Virus record (IMG/VR): IMGVR_UViG_3300028886_000061
Location: 9,635-73,634 of that record
DNA: 64,000 nucleotides
Direction: 5' to 3' (one strand)
Origin: a virus
Lineage: Duplodnaviria > Heunggongvirae > Uroviricota > Caudoviricetes
The notes under the pieces are model-generated. The model saw only the letters and a program-made list of their open reading frames with translations. It ran no database searches and was not told where the DNA came from. A program made the translations under genes and the position numbers. This document shows positions 39,840 to 50,684 of the stretch, in pieces. How positions within the stretch are numbered: the first letter of the stretch is position 1; the number at the start of each line of letters is the position of its first letter.

Positions 39840-40382
39840 ATGGACGAAACACAAGATATTAGAATAGAATATAATGGAGATATTATCAAAGCATACGCCG
39901 GGAATATTTGTCTTTGGGATGTTATTGGTGATCCCGAAGAGCCGGTGATTTATAACCAAGCTCCATCAAAGATAGACCTTCCTATACTTCCAATTCATTA
40001 TAATGATATGAATACAAGAGAGTTATATAAATCATATCAAAAGATATTGGAGATCATTGAACGATTTGATAAACAAAAAACAATGAACAAGCGAGCTCCA
40101 AATTATCACGATAGGTGGTCAATGGATGATTTACGTAGTTACTGTCAAGTATGGTTGGACGATGTCAGATTTCGTCAGGATGGTAAAAATCGCTGGTGGT
40201 TACGGGATCGTATAAAATACTTTCTTAAGGGCCAATTGAAACAACGTAAATTGTGGTTACATGCATTCGGTACCATCTGTTATGATATGTGTCAACGATT
40301 GGATGCTATCGATGGCGGTAACGAAGCACAAAATGCCGATCAGATGGCACCAAGACAACATCGCATTGGATTTAATAATTAA
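39840..40382 (+). CDS. hypothetical protein (180 aa)
   Basis: ORF. Confidence 0.4.
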   Translation: MDETQDIRIEYNGDIIKAYAGNICLWDVIGDPEEPVIYNQAPSKIDLPILPIHYNDMNTRELYKSYQKILEIIERFDKQKTMNKRAPNYHDRWSMDDLRSYCQVWLDDVRFRQDGKNRWWLRDRIKYFLKGQLKQRKLWLHAFGTICYDMCQRLDAIDGGNEAQNADQMAPRQHRIGFNN

Positions 40383-40393
40383 AATTATATAAT

Positions 40394-41194
40394 ATGGTAT
40401 ACAACCCAAAAGAAGATAAAGTCAAAGTAACCATCGAACCGGTGGATGGTGCTTGGAGACGAGCATTGAATCTTGCTCGTCGTACTGTAGGTAAGAAGGC
40501 ACTGGACAAGGATCCGTCGAATGGATGGAGACATAAGATTCTCCTGCAGGAACACTCCCCTATCCGTGCCGTTGAATATATTATACACTTCGAGCAGATC
40601 CGTCAATGGGTCACAACCCATCTGGTTCGTCACTGGCTTGGATTTATCCCAATCGGACATAGTCAACGTCAGGACCGTCGTGTTCTTAATTGTGAACGGG
40701 ATGAGTTGCCGCAGGGTTCCTTGAACGATATGGACGTGCTAATCAATGCACAATCTCTCATCAATGTATCCCGCAAGCGTCTTTGTTCAACTGCATCCCC
40801 CGAAACCCGTCATGCTTGGTCACTGGTTAAGAAAGAGATGATGAAACTCGATCCCGAGATGGCTCGTGCTATGGTACCGGAATGTGTATATCGTGGTTTC
40901 TGTCCATATTTTGATAAATGCTGTGGATACTGTAAAACAGATGCATATAAGAAACAACTTGCAGATTATCGTGCTCAATTTTCAGTTGAGGAACCTCGTA
41001 CTGACAATAACCCACCAATGAAACTCGTCGAAAAAGATATGCCAGTAGACGGTGCTGGTCCAATATGTATTCCTCCGGAAGATTTGCAAAAGATGGAGGA
41101 TAGTATGTACGACGAAAATGGATGGATGGATTTAGGTAATGGACTTAAAAGAGATCGCAAAGGTCGTATCGCCGGTGGATTAAAACTTAAGTGA
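40394..41194 (+). CDS. ThyX-family (flavin-dependent thymidylate synthase-like) protein, divergent, with Cys-rich C-terminal extension
   Basis: HSPIRAVEYIIHFEQIRQW...LVRHW...SQR aligns to ThyX HxSxxEH...ARQWFRHR...SxRY; NAQSLIN...R...A..ETRHAW aligns to second ThyX block; RHR motif reads RHW. Confidence 0.5.
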   Translation: MVYNPKEDKVKVTIEPVDGAWRRALNLARRTVGKKALDKDPSNGWRHKILLQEHSPIRAVEYIIHFEQIRQWVTTHLVRHWLGFIPIGHSQRQDRRVLNCERDELPQGSLNDMDVLINAQSLINVSRKRLCSTASPETRHAWSLVKKEMMKLDPEMARAMVPECVYRGFCPYFDKCCGYCKTDAYKKQLADYRAQFSVEEPRTDNNPPMKLVEKDMPVDGAGPICIPPEDLQKMEDSMYDENGWMDLGNGLKRDRKGRIAGGLKLK

Positions 41195-41224
41195 TATGAA
41201 AAAGCAATAAAAAATAGAGAAAAA

Positions 41225-42607
41225 ATGAAAAAAGTTGCATTTATTGGTGCTGGATACGTAGGCCTTGTAAATGGTATCGGTATCGCTTCGTACTATAATG
41301 ATGTATGGATTGTAGAAAGTAATAAGGAGAAACTTAATATTCTCTTATCAGGTGAACTCCCAATATACGAAGATGGTTTAATTGAGACAGCTCGTAACTG
41401 TACCAAACGTTTACATTTCACTGACAGTATTGAGGAGGCTGTTGCAAATGCAGATTATGTATTTATCACTGTGGGTACCCCGATGGCCGAAGATGGTAGT
41501 TCGAATCTCGACGCAGTATTTGCAGTTGCTGAAGTCCTTGGACAGGCTATCGCCAAAGTCAGGACCAAAGATATCACGGTGGTTATGAAATCAACCGTCC
41601 CGGTAGGCACCACCAGAAAAGTCCAGAGAATTATCAATAAGGAAATTGAAAAATATCAAACCGAGTTTTTGAGCAAAATCGATAATATATGTGAGCACCC
41701 GGAGGTATTCAAAACACCTATCCTACATCTTACTGTTCATATGGTGGATAATCCGGAGTTCCTTAAAGAAGGAACAGCAATACAGGACTTCATTAATCCG
41801 AATAGAATTGTCATTGGTACGGATACGGAAGAGGCTGCTGAAGAGATGCGAAAATTATACTGTGGTGTTTATGGTGAATCAGTAGAGAATATCATTTATA
41901 ATTGTGGTATCGAATCAGCCGAGATGATCAAATATGCATCCAATTCAATGTTGGCTATGCGTATCTCATTCGCCAATATGATCGCCCATTTCTGCGAAAA
42001 GGTAGGTGCTAATGTGGATGATGTGATGACCGGTGTGGGATTGGATAAACGCATCGGACCGGAGTTCCTCAATGCCGGCTGTGGATATGGTGGTAGTTGC
42101 TTCCCAAAGGATGTCCAGTCTCTTATCCACCAGATGGCAAGTAAACAATGTCATTGTGGATTACTCCAGGAAACAGAGATTATGAATCATCAATCAAAGC
42201 AGCATGTGGTTGATAAAATCCTCGAATATAAACCTAAAGTGATTGCCCTTTGGGGAGCCACATTTAAACCTAATTCGGATGATCTCCGTGAATCACCTGC
42301 TTTGTATATTATGGATAATTTACCTGAAAGTATCCAGTTTAAAGTATATGATCCGCTTGGAGCAGATAATTTGAGGAAGTGGATTAAGGATACCGGTAAA
42401 ACAAATATCGAGATACCTGGTAATCTAATAGATACCCTTAAAGATGCTGATATGGTTGTTAACCATCACGTGTATTCTCCGGCCCTTCACACAATCAATT
42501 CAAATGAAATGAAACATAATATATTTTATGATATCAAAAACCAATTTATACGAGATGTTGAAATCATTAATGAACGCGGATTCGTATATATAGGGGTTGG
42601 TCGATAA
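41225..42607 (+). CDS. UDP-glucose/GDP-mannose 6-dehydrogenase family nucleotide-sugar dehydrogenase
   Basis: N-terminal GAGYVG Rossmann motif and catalytic GYGGSCFPKDV motif. Confidence 0.75.
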   Translation: MKKVAFIGAGYVGLVNGIGIASYYNDVWIVESNKEKLNILLSGELPIYEDGLIETARNCTKRLHFTDSIEEAVANADYVFITVGTPMAEDGSSNLDAVFAVAEVLGQAIAKVRTKDITVVMKSTVPVGTTRKVQRIINKEIEKYQTEFLSKIDNICEHPEVFKTPILHLTVHMVDNPEFLKEGTAIQDFINPNRIVIGTDTEEAAEEMRKLYCGVYGESVENIIYNCGIESAEMIKYASNSMLAMRISFANMIAHFCEKVGANVDDVMTGVGLDKRIGPEFLNAGCGYGGSCFPKDVQSLIHQMASKQCHCGLLQETEIMNHQSKQHVVDKILEYKPKVIALWGATFKPNSDDLRESPALYIMDNLPESIQFKVYDPLGADNLRKWIKDTGKTNIEIPGNLIDTLKDADMVVNHHVYSPALHTINSNEMKHNIFYDIKNQFIRDVEIINERGFVYIGVGR

Positions 42608-42654
42608 GATAAGTAGAAACACGTCCGGAATTTTTGTTAAGTTTCGGGCGTGTT

Positions 42655-42670
42655 CCTTTATATATATTTG
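42655..42670 (+). promoter_or_regulatory. promoter-like box gtgttcctttatatatatttg upstream of 42694
   Basis: Same 16-nt string gtgttcctttatatat recurs at 58103-58118. Confidence 0.4.
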
Positions 42671-42693
42671 AACATAGAAAATAACAATATCCG

Positions 42694-43098
42694 ATGAAAA
42701 AACGAGAACTCCTAAAAGAAATCGCTGACCATATTCTGGTCATCCGAGTTGGGTCCGGTACGTGGGAAATCCGTTCCTGTATCATATTTCCGATGAAGGA
42801 GGGAGATGATTTCCCTAAATACCTCCACATTAATTCACATAACGAGGAAGACTACACCGGCATCTTCAACGGAGAGGTGTATAATCCTACCGGTGGGTTT
42901 GATAGTGCGGATGACCTGGACAGAGCAGCACAGGAGGAATGCATCACCGTGGAAGCACTGCTCGAAAGAATCTGGTCGGATACTGCAAACGAGGACAACT
43001 ATGAATCCGAAAGGGAACGTAACCTGAGATTGGCAGAACGCCTTTGGGATAAATGCGTGGAACCGTGGGATAGATTCGACCTGATAGACCTGAGTTAA
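42694..43098 (+). CDS. hypothetical protein (134 aa)
   Basis: ORF; promoter-like motif 42655-42670. Confidence 0.4.
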   Translation: MKKRELLKEIADHILVIRVGSGTWEIRSCIIFPMKEGDDFPKYLHINSHNEEDYTGIFNGEVYNPTGGFDSADDLDRAAQEECITVEALLERIWSDTANEDNYESERERNLRLAERLWDKCVEPWDRFDLIDLS

Positions 43099-43127
43099 TA
43101 TTTGAGGGTCTTCGGTTATATATAAAC

Positions 43128-43424
43128 ATGAAAGAACAATTAAACTTAAAGACAATGCAACAAGGTAAAACTCAAAACTTCAGCGATATCCTCAACCTTA
43201 TCAGCACGGCCGAGAATACAGGAATAAAAGCCGTATACTTTCGCTGCGTGGAATGGAATAAGGATGCTCGCATGAAATTGTGGTTCAGAATAATCGATAA
43301 CACCAAGATGATATCGTATCGCCAGCAGGATGAGCAGATGGTACGGATGGAAGGTTGCGTTCCGGATTTCCGTTTTACCATTGCTGATATGTTCAAGGAG
43401 TTTGAGTATATTATCGAACATTAG
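43128..43424 (+). CDS. hypothetical protein (98 aa)
   Basis: ORF. Confidence 0.4.
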   Translation: MKEQLNLKTMQQGKTQNFSDILNLISTAENTGIKAVYFRCVEWNKDARMKLWFRIIDNTKMISYRQQDEQMVRMEGCVPDFRFTIADMFKEFEYIIEH

Positions 43425-43446
43425 TATTCATCAATATCTATATAAC

Positions 43447-44211
43447 ATGAGAATTTTTAACACTCCGGTGAGAGTCATCAATAACGATACTCTCGAGACG
43501 TTAGGTACATATGAACCTACCCAGTTGATAATTCGGGAACCCGGTGAAACCGTCTGGGCTGTAACACTTAAACACCGTATTTATATTCTCCTCACTGTCG
43601 CACTGATGCTGATTGGATTTTTCCTCATTATCGGCGTTCAAGGTGGTGAGGTTCACAAGTTGAAACAGGAGATTGCTCACTACGAGGAACTTACCGGTAT
43701 GAACCTTCCATACATCTCCGTAGAGGCACTGGCCGGTAAGTATGCCACATACAAGGGCAAAGTACCCAGCAACAAGGACACCATCTTCAAGTTCATTTGC
43801 GAATCTGGTGCGTGGTATCCGGAAGTAATTATGGCTCAGTTCCAGCTGGAATCCAAGTTAATGACATCCGATGTTGGAAAGAATGCAATCAATGGATTTG
43901 GTATGAAGAAATGTGGTGAAGGTCCACGATCCCGACCCAACCTACAGATCCGAGGAATGGACTACCACGGATACGGAATGTATATGAACTGGTATCACTC
44001 AGTACTGGATAGAATCCTGTGGGATTTGTGGGTATTCTCCGATAAACCGGCAACCAGGGAAGCTTATCTCAAAGGTCTGATAGATAAACGATATGCAGAG
44101 GATCCGGATTATATCTCCAAGATCAGTCAAATCGCCAATCAATGGGCTGAAAAAACATCCAACTATATCGATCCGGATCATCCGAAGGATACAGTGAAGA
44201 GTAAACCGTGA
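43447..44211 (+). CDS. endolysin, FlgJ-type N-acetylglucosaminidase domain with N-terminal TM/signal-anchor
   Basis: IMAQFQLESKLMTS...NGFGMK matches glucosaminidase AQAxLESGWG..NNLFGIK; hydrophobic helix residues about 35-55; ORF open from 43330. Confidence 0.55.
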   Translation: MRIFNTPVRVINNDTLETLGTYEPTQLIIREPGETVWAVTLKHRIYILLTVALMLIGFFLIIGVQGGEVHKLKQEIAHYEELTGMNLPYISVEALAGKYATYKGKVPSNKDTIFKFICESGAWYPEVIMAQFQLESKLMTSDVGKNAINGFGMKKCGEGPRSRPNLQIRGMDYHGYGMYMNWYHSVLDRILWDLWVFSDKPATREAYLKGLIDKRYAEDPDYISKISQIANQWAEKTSNYIDPDHPKDTVKSKP

Positions 44212-44305
44212 TTTTTGCGCGATAATTCGCTCCCTAATAAAAGATCGCACCGTCCCTATGTAGTTATACAGGGGACGGTGCGATCGTTGTTTATAGAGGA
44301 GATTT
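44209..44305. repeat. structured intergenic repeat element, copy C, between convergent stop codons
   Basis: 5' box tttttgcgcgataattcgctccctaataaaa; perfect 14-bp stem gatcgcaccgtccc/gggacggtgcgatc; loop tatgtagttatacag. Confidence 0.75.
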
Positions 44306-45043
44306 TTAAGCTGCGTCTTCGACTGTCCAACCGGACGGTATCTTACTTGTACTACTTCTCCAAGTTGATTCTGATATAGATGGGTTTTTAACGAATGTAC
44401 CTGTTTGGGCAACATAGGCAAGCAAATTAGTAGTACATCTTGATGCTGATATATCAGCTGCCAGACATTTAATTGCATAACACATATTAGCCAGTGTTGT
44501 AGCGGGTAATTCAGGTGCAGAGGTCAATGACTTGCAACCATAGAACATATTGGTATAACAACTATTGACCAGTGTTCTTGCCGGTAAAATAAGGTTACCT
44601 GCACTTTTAAGTTTGGTTTTACCAAAGAAATATGAACTAAAATTATAACCAGTTGCGTCCTTTTCAAACGATGTCTTAACCAGTGAGTTGATATTACCGC
44701 CGATATCATAGTCGGAATCCGATTTTTCGGTCCAGTTTGGTTTCAATGGTGTATCCTGGTCACTTGCCACACGGAAATATGTCTTTCCTGTTGGTAGGTC
44801 GCCAGCGACCGTATCCGTCCAATTCTCACCATCGGTACTCATCTGCAAGCCTGATGTATCTGCCAGAGTTACAGGACCTCGAACGTCGATGTAGAATGGT
44901 ATTGGATAGCTTGGAGTCGGAGGCACTCCCGGCTTCAACGATATACCACTCTCTCCACGAATAGCGGATAATGTATTATACTCCAGTGTTGGGAGTATGG
45001 ATGCTGCCTGTTGGGCATTCTCAAACATTCTTATATGTTTCAT
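44306..45043 (-). CDS. putative receptor-binding / fibre protein with BspA-type leucine-rich repeats
   Basis: Repeats LPARTLVNSCYTNMF / LPATTLANMCY similar to those in the 59746 gene; track start 45082 is TTG, ATG at 45043. Confidence 0.45.
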   Translation of the reverse strand: MKHIRMFENAQQAASILPTLEYNTLSAIRGESGISLKPGVPPTPSYPIPFYIDVRGPVTLADTSGLQMSTDGENWTDTVAGDLPTGKTYFRVASDQDTPLKPNWTEKSDSDYDIGGNINSLVKTSFEKDATGYNFSSYFFGKTKLKSAGNLILPARTLVNSCYTNMFYGCKSLTSAPELPATTLANMCYAIKCLAADISASRCTTNLLAYVAQTGTFVKNPSISESTWRSSTSKIPSGWTVEDAA

Positions 45044-45074
45044 ATTCTTATTTTTTTTTGTGATATTCAATGAT

Positions 45075-45410
45075 TTAAGCAATCAATATATCATCATCTT
45101 GTGAATCATCTTCTGTCTTTGGCTCCTTTGCTGCCTCGATGGTACCAAGTTTTTTGAAGAATGTTTTGATAACATAGTCATACATCAGGTATTGGACAAA
45201 GAAGCTACAAATGATTGTTTCTTTACTTTCGTGCCATACAAATATAAATAGAACACCAGCCACGATGGCCACGATAGTACTAATAAGACGTTTCCAACCG
45301 GTGGATAGATCCTTCGGTATAGTCGTTATAATGATATATGTGATGATATTGCACAGGAATATATAAATGAGATTAATATAACTCAAAATATCAGAAAACA
45401 TTACATCCAT
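45075..45410 (-). CDS. small membrane protein, holin-like (2 TM, acidic C-terminus)
   Basis: Two hydrophobic helices then EAAKEPKTEDDSQDDD tail. Confidence 0.3.
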   Translation of the reverse strand: MDVMFSDILSYINLIYIFLCNIITYIIITTIPKDLSTGWKRLISTIVAIVAGVLFIFVWHESKETIICSFFVQYLMYDYVIKTFFKKLGTIEAAKEPKTEDDSQDDDILIA

Positions 45411-45679
45411 TGCTCATAATATTTTTTTATAGGTATACTGATATTTGATACCTTACGATCTGATGTGATTGTACGTATATTTAGTTTAATATCATCAAGC
45501 ATCTCCATTCCGATAAGCTCAATGGTTTTCTTTATGGCATCTTGAAGGTGAGTGTTTGTGGTAAGTAGTTCATCTGTTGTTTTCTTCGTAACACATATTA
45601 TTGGATACTCATTATAAGCAACCATCTTGTCACTATAGCGTAATATTGGTGCCACTATATTTATGGTATATGTATTCAT
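45401..45679 (-). CDS. hypothetical protein (92 aa)
   Basis: ORF in structural operon. Confidence 0.4.
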   Translation of the reverse strand: MNTYTINIVAPILRYSDKMVAYNEYPIICVTKKTTDELLTTNTHLQDAIKKTIELIGMEMLDDIKLNIRTITSDRKVSNISIPIKKYYEQWM

Positions 45680-45689
45680 TTCAGTTTAT

Positions 45690-48608
45690 TTATTTCCCTA
45701 TAATAAAGGCCGACTCGAAGTTATGTTGTAAGACATTCTCACCCTTTTTGTAGGTTATATATATACTATAATAACCAGGTTTGAGTTCAACTGATTCCGG
45801 TGGTGTTACAAAGAAGCTCTGCATACCACCAGGGACTTCATTACCAAAGTCTCCCTCATTTTTACCATCACCATAGTAACGTAATTCCATAAGACGGGAA
45901 TCAAATTCCTTCTGTGTGGTTTGATTACGGAATCTCCAGTTGGATATTTCGAGATCTTTACTATGGCCCAATACAGGTTCCATATATATAAGTTCATTCG
46001 GTTGAATTGGCTCGTCGGTATCTTTGAATAACTCAATCGTATGCATATACGGATGGAACCTCATACTAATCACATATGGGTCTTGGAATTTATCATTATC
46101 TTTCGAATCAAATGTATAATCGGGTCTTACCAATCCTTCAATGCTATTGATAAATTGTTTGTCATACTCCCTGCATACACCCACAATACGAACACCCTTT
46201 TGATGTATATTTGGATTTAATGGCCAGGGTGATGCCAACCACATAAACTCCTTAATATTTGATGATAACTCATCGAGAAATCTTCGGGTATCATCCGGAT
46301 TTGATGGATCACCAATACCATTAAAATTTATCACAACATCTCTATCCTCCATATGAAATACCACAGGTTTATTCTCCGGAAGTATTGTAAAGATAACAGT
46401 TTCATTAAACCCAACAGATCCACCCTTGAATGGTTTGATAAACATAGAATGTTCCTTGTATGGAGTATACTCGTGGTCTGAACGTTCCGTTCCGAGATGT
46501 GTACCGCCTTCAGTAGGATCATTATACAAATCAGTTGCAGACGTCATCTGGAATGGATTAAACCACACTTTAAAATTATCAGGATCAGTAAGTTCCATAT
46601 GTTGTCTTGTAGATTCATCCAGCATCAATACCTTATATAAATCAATATGGTTTGATATATTATCCTCTACCAACACGTGAGCCTTGCTTACCCATACATT
46701 ACCTGAAGATGTATAGAATTCAAATTCCACATCATAATCTCCTTCATCCTGGAATGCGAGATCGAATCCAAAATTGAATACGTATTGAGTTGCCCTGAAT
46801 CCTTCGCGTTCAAAGCCTGTAATATTTTCATATAGTGTTGGATAAATCACACTATGGCTTATAATTGATCCCTCATTATCTCCACTTTTCCATACCACGC
46901 GTTCCATAAGGATACAATCAATGGCATCTGTAGCCAGCATAAGACTCTCTGCATCTTCTCCCTGGAGATCAAATACTGTTTCAAAATGAACCACACCGGC
47001 CATACAATCATATGGGTATTTGGTGAACTCACCGGTTGTATAGAATCCTGGTTTATTTATCGGATCTTCTGGATCGCCTGGATCGATCTCCTCATGTATA
47101 GTACCATCATATCCAAATACACTACTATTATCTGTTGCCATAAATAAGGTATTCGAGTATGCATGATTACGATGTTTCTGAATCTTAACCCGTTTATCGT
47201 ATGTCAATTCGAATGGTTTACCGAACTCGATTTTTTCATATTTATCTATCCGGTTTGCGTGCAGAACCTTTATAGCATTGGTGAATACCCAATGTTCCAC
47301 AGTGGAATGAATAAGGTCCATATGTATTGGCATAAAGTATGTGGAATAGAAGTTACCCAGCAGTGACATCTTAAGACAGAGGTCGAGGTACTGCCAACGC
47401 GCATTGATATGGGTCAATCTTGGATTGGGTTCTTGGTAAATATAATGAGGACGTACTGAACGGGTGCATGTTTGAAATATTAATGTATGGAGATTCAGGT
47501 CTTCGTCGGCAGAAGGAACCCTAACCATTTCACCGGGCTGTGAGAAATCAAGAACCTCCTCCATCTTATATGTATCATCGCTTTGTTTCACATAACGAAT
47601 ATACACATAGTTACCCACACATACTCCATCAATACCCATCTCTGAATATGGCGTGCGATTATAATCCTCTCCTTCTATATCATCTTCGGTCATTCTCTCT
47701 AAATCGGATGGATAGAAGAAATCAGGATCTACACCTAATACCCTACCATTATCCGTTTCGTATTCAACCTCACCATTCTTAAGACGAATATAGTTATAAA
47801 GAGCCATATAAAGCCCAATGCAGGTGGTCTTGGAGTTGTTAAGAAATTGTTTGGTAAACTCCACATCAAGTTCCCTGTTGAGATTTTCAAGGAAGTAATC
47901 GCCGAGATTCTCGTGATGGCGCTTCCATAGTTCCTCGATTCTTACCAAATCACCCCATTCAAACCAAGCCAAGCTATTCTGTAGGCTATTATACGATCCT
48001 TTATTGGCCACGATATCCCAATAGTTCATCAGGAGCTCCTTGTACTTACGATTAAGAGTGATATTATCGTTTGATTCTTCGTGAACATCAACATCATAGA
48101 TGGCTTTTTGGATAGACTCCGGTATACGTATATCAAAGTTATCCATCTCATTCTTAAGTAGTTCGTTATCAATATAAAAATCTGCACCTACTTCGAATTC
48201 AAAACGTCCATCTTTATCGATAAGATAGAATTTATCGCGGATCTCACCGGCATCTTTTGAGTTAGCCATAATATATATCATATGGACGTAGAAGTTATTA
48301 TACTTCACACCAATTGATGTATATTTGGTAACCTTAAGATTAGCAAGGTCCATATAGATTTTTGAGTTAATAACCTCAGCCTGATTACCGGGGATATCCG
48401 GATCATTCAACGCCGGAATATTTTGATTTAGTTTAAGAAGGGAGAATACTGGAGAATCCAGATGGGCGTACACCGTGGAGTAATTCGAAATGAAACATAC
48501 TTTACGTACATAGTTCAAGTTAACGGATTGGCCGTTCTCAAACCAAAATACGTATGGTGGGTTACCATTAAATATTCTACCATCTTTTAGTTCTATAAAA
48601 TCAATCAT
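45690..48608 (-). CDS. large virion structural protein (972 aa), putative baseplate/tail component
   Basis: Operon position downstream of gp25-like and putative J-like genes. Confidence 0.4.
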   Translation of the reverse strand: MIDFIELKDGRIFNGNPPYVFWFENGQSVNLNYVRKVCFISNYSTVYAHLDSPVFSLLKLNQNIPALNDPDIPGNQAEVINSKIYMDLANLKVTKYTSIGVKYNNFYVHMIYIMANSKDAGEIRDKFYLIDKDGRFEFEVGADFYIDNELLKNEMDNFDIRIPESIQKAIYDVDVHEESNDNITLNRKYKELLMNYWDIVANKGSYNSLQNSLAWFEWGDLVRIEELWKRHHENLGDYFLENLNRELDVEFTKQFLNNSKTTCIGLYMALYNYIRLKNGEVEYETDNGRVLGVDPDFFYPSDLERMTEDDIEGEDYNRTPYSEMGIDGVCVGNYVYIRYVKQSDDTYKMEEVLDFSQPGEMVRVPSADEDLNLHTLIFQTCTRSVRPHYIYQEPNPRLTHINARWQYLDLCLKMSLLGNFYSTYFMPIHMDLIHSTVEHWVFTNAIKVLHANRIDKYEKIEFGKPFELTYDKRVKIQKHRNHAYSNTLFMATDNSSVFGYDGTIHEEIDPGDPEDPINKPGFYTTGEFTKYPYDCMAGVVHFETVFDLQGEDAESLMLATDAIDCILMERVVWKSGDNEGSIISHSVIYPTLYENITGFEREGFRATQYVFNFGFDLAFQDEGDYDVEFEFYTSSGNVWVSKAHVLVEDNISNHIDLYKVLMLDESTRQHMELTDPDNFKVWFNPFQMTSATDLYNDPTEGGTHLGTERSDHEYTPYKEHSMFIKPFKGGSVGFNETVIFTILPENKPVVFHMEDRDVVINFNGIGDPSNPDDTRRFLDELSSNIKEFMWLASPWPLNPNIHQKGVRIVGVCREYDKQFINSIEGLVRPDYTFDSKDNDKFQDPYVISMRFHPYMHTIELFKDTDEPIQPNELIYMEPVLGHSKDLEISNWRFRNQTTQKEFDSRLMELRYYGDGKNEGDFGNEVPGGMQSFFVTPPESVELKPGYYSIYITYKKGENVLQHNFESAFIIGK

Positions 48609-48611
48609 ACC

Positions 48612-50300
48612 TTATTCAAAAATGATTATTAATGGATCCGTCACAGTGGTGGTTGTAAATTCCTCACCGGCTGCTGAAGAAATAAATGACCAACCTCCCA
48701 TTAATACAGGGAATTGATCTGTATTATCAAGATAAATATTACCGTGGGCATCAAGTCCCAGGTTTGGATTTTCTCCATCATATAGATACACGGTTTCTTC
48801 GGTGATCTTATAAGTGCCTTTTGAGGGATCGAAGAAGTATTGCTTGTCTACGTAATAGTGATTCTTCAATGCCTGTTCATTACGGTCGGAAATGAAGTAT
48901 AGATTAATACCATCAATAGCATCAATATTGTTCTTCAACAGGTGGACAATATCTGATTTTGGAATAAATATATCAGAATTGACATCGGCGAAGAATCCAC
49001 CAATAAGTTTACGTATTTGATTGGATATATATGCAGTATCGTATGTGTTATCTTTGAGTTTAACATATATATACATAGCATATTTGACAATCTCAGGATC
49101 GAATATATTATATACAGCACCAGCTATTTGTTGGCCAGTATTGTTGATGTGATTCACAATGGAACGTTTCTGATCCTTTGAAAGGAAAAAGTCACTCTCC
49201 TTAAGTTTGAAGTAATCCAATCCATCAGTCATTTTTTGTTTGAAGTTATTAAGAATCAAACTATTAATAACCAATGAACCAGGTTCGCTCCAAGTGCGGT
49301 TATATCCACAGAATGAGAATCTACTCAGGTATTGTTTATAGTTCCTGGCATCGGCCAACACCAACGAGCGACTATTAAGTCCAATCATATTCTTCACCAC
49401 ATCTATACTCTCCGAGTATGTACCGCCGTTGATATTATCTCCATCCACCACCCTAACATCGAATAATGAATTACCATCAATATCATTACCCAGGGTATCC
49501 TGCATTGGTGTGATAAATTTAAATACCATACTCTCATTGGGGTTCAGGTTACCTTGTTCACCGGAATGAATGAGATAAGTCACCTTGATGGTGTCACCCT
49601 CGTCGAGTGACTTACCGTATTGGCCATTACCAAATATTACATCCACACCCTTCTTTAAAGATACACGGACCATATATTGTTTCTTTTCCGGGTCCATATC
49701 GTAAAGACTATCTCTCTTTTCCCAAAGTTCATCATTCACTTTTACCTCAAAGTAATCCAAATCGCAATCACCGGTAAATGGAACGTTGATAGTAAACAAT
49801 TCACCTCCATCAGCCACGAAGGTTTGGGTTTCAAATACACCTTCAACCACTGTTAGATATTTGGTATTATTATCAAGTCTTGGAGAAAGCACAATTGCCT
49901 CTTGTGGGAGTACCACATAGTAATTCGAACCATTCTGCGAGCATGATAGGCGTGTGTGATTAAGCATAATAACATCCGAGTGTTGATTGTTATTCGGCTT
50001 GAACGATACACCAATGGTAGCAGTTGCTGCCGTACCGAGATGTGGCTGGTATCCGGATATTGATGCAAGATTGTATATAGAACGCTTACGGGTAGCAGTA
50101 TATTTATTTTGTTCGGTCAAACTATCCTCAATATATGACATAATATTTTGGGTTGCTGATGAAATAACTGTCACCAACTGGCCAAAAATAGAACTGCTGG
50201 AGTATTTATGATTGAATCCATTGAACATCTTTCCGAGATATTCTCTTACAGCAGTTTCAAAATTATTATACTGCATTTGCAGCATTGAAAAGAGTTTCAT
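48612..50300 (-). CDS. putative baseplate wedge protein (gp6/gpJ-like by synteny)
   Basis: Immediately downstream of gp25-like gene as in T4/P2 baseplate modules; no motif verified. Confidence 0.35.
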   Translation of the reverse strand: MKLFSMLQMQYNNFETAVREYLGKMFNGFNHKYSSSSIFGQLVTVISSATQNIMSYIEDSLTEQNKYTATRKRSIYNLASISGYQPHLGTAATATIGVSFKPNNNQHSDVIMLNHTRLSCSQNGSNYYVVLPQEAIVLSPRLDNNTKYLTVVEGVFETQTFVADGGELFTINVPFTGDCDLDYFEVKVNDELWEKRDSLYDMDPEKKQYMVRVSLKKGVDVIFGNGQYGKSLDEGDTIKVTYLIHSGEQGNLNPNESMVFKFITPMQDTLGNDIDGNSLFDVRVVDGDNINGGTYSESIDVVKNMIGLNSRSLVLADARNYKQYLSRFSFCGYNRTWSEPGSLVINSLILNNFKQKMTDGLDYFKLKESDFFLSKDQKRSIVNHINNTGQQIAGAVYNIFDPEIVKYAMYIYVKLKDNTYDTAYISNQIRKLIGGFFADVNSDIFIPKSDIVHLLKNNIDAIDGINLYFISDRNEQALKNHYYVDKQYFFDPSKGTYKITEETVYLYDGENPNLGLDAHGNIYLDNTDQFPVLMGGWSFISSAAGEEFTTTTVTDPLIIIFE

Positions 50301-50321
50301 ATTGTTATATATAATTTTTCT

Positions 50322-50684
50322 TTAGTATTCTACGGCACCTTGGGTGACCTTGTATGTTTTATGATATGAACTTCCGTTTGGATCGTGCAATTCGATGGTG
50401 AGTAATAAAATATCATTCATTGAGCCGACAAGGAAATCCACATGTACTGTCACTTCCCAATTGAATAACTCGACATTATCAACAATGTAGTCGCGTACAT
50501 CATTTTCGATAGTTGTATTACCAATATTTGGGTTATATAGATATACGTCAAAACGCGTGCCAAAATTATAGTCACCCAGTACCTCACCATTACGGGTATC
50601 CAACAGAATCTCTATCTGTTGCATGATAAGGTCTGCTTCCTGATCGTATATAATATCACCTTCTATGATACTGAAATCAACCAT
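50322..50684 (-). CDS. baseplate wedge protein, gp25/GPW family
   Basis: IEILLDTRNGEVLGDYNFGTRFDVYLYNP matches gp25-like signature. Confidence 0.6.
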   Translation of the reverse strand: MVDFSIIEGDIIYDQEADLIMQQIEILLDTRNGEVLGDYNFGTRFDVYLYNPNIGNTTIENDVRDYIVDNVELFNWEVTVHVDFLVGSMNDILLLTIELHDPNGSSYHKTYKVTQGAVEY

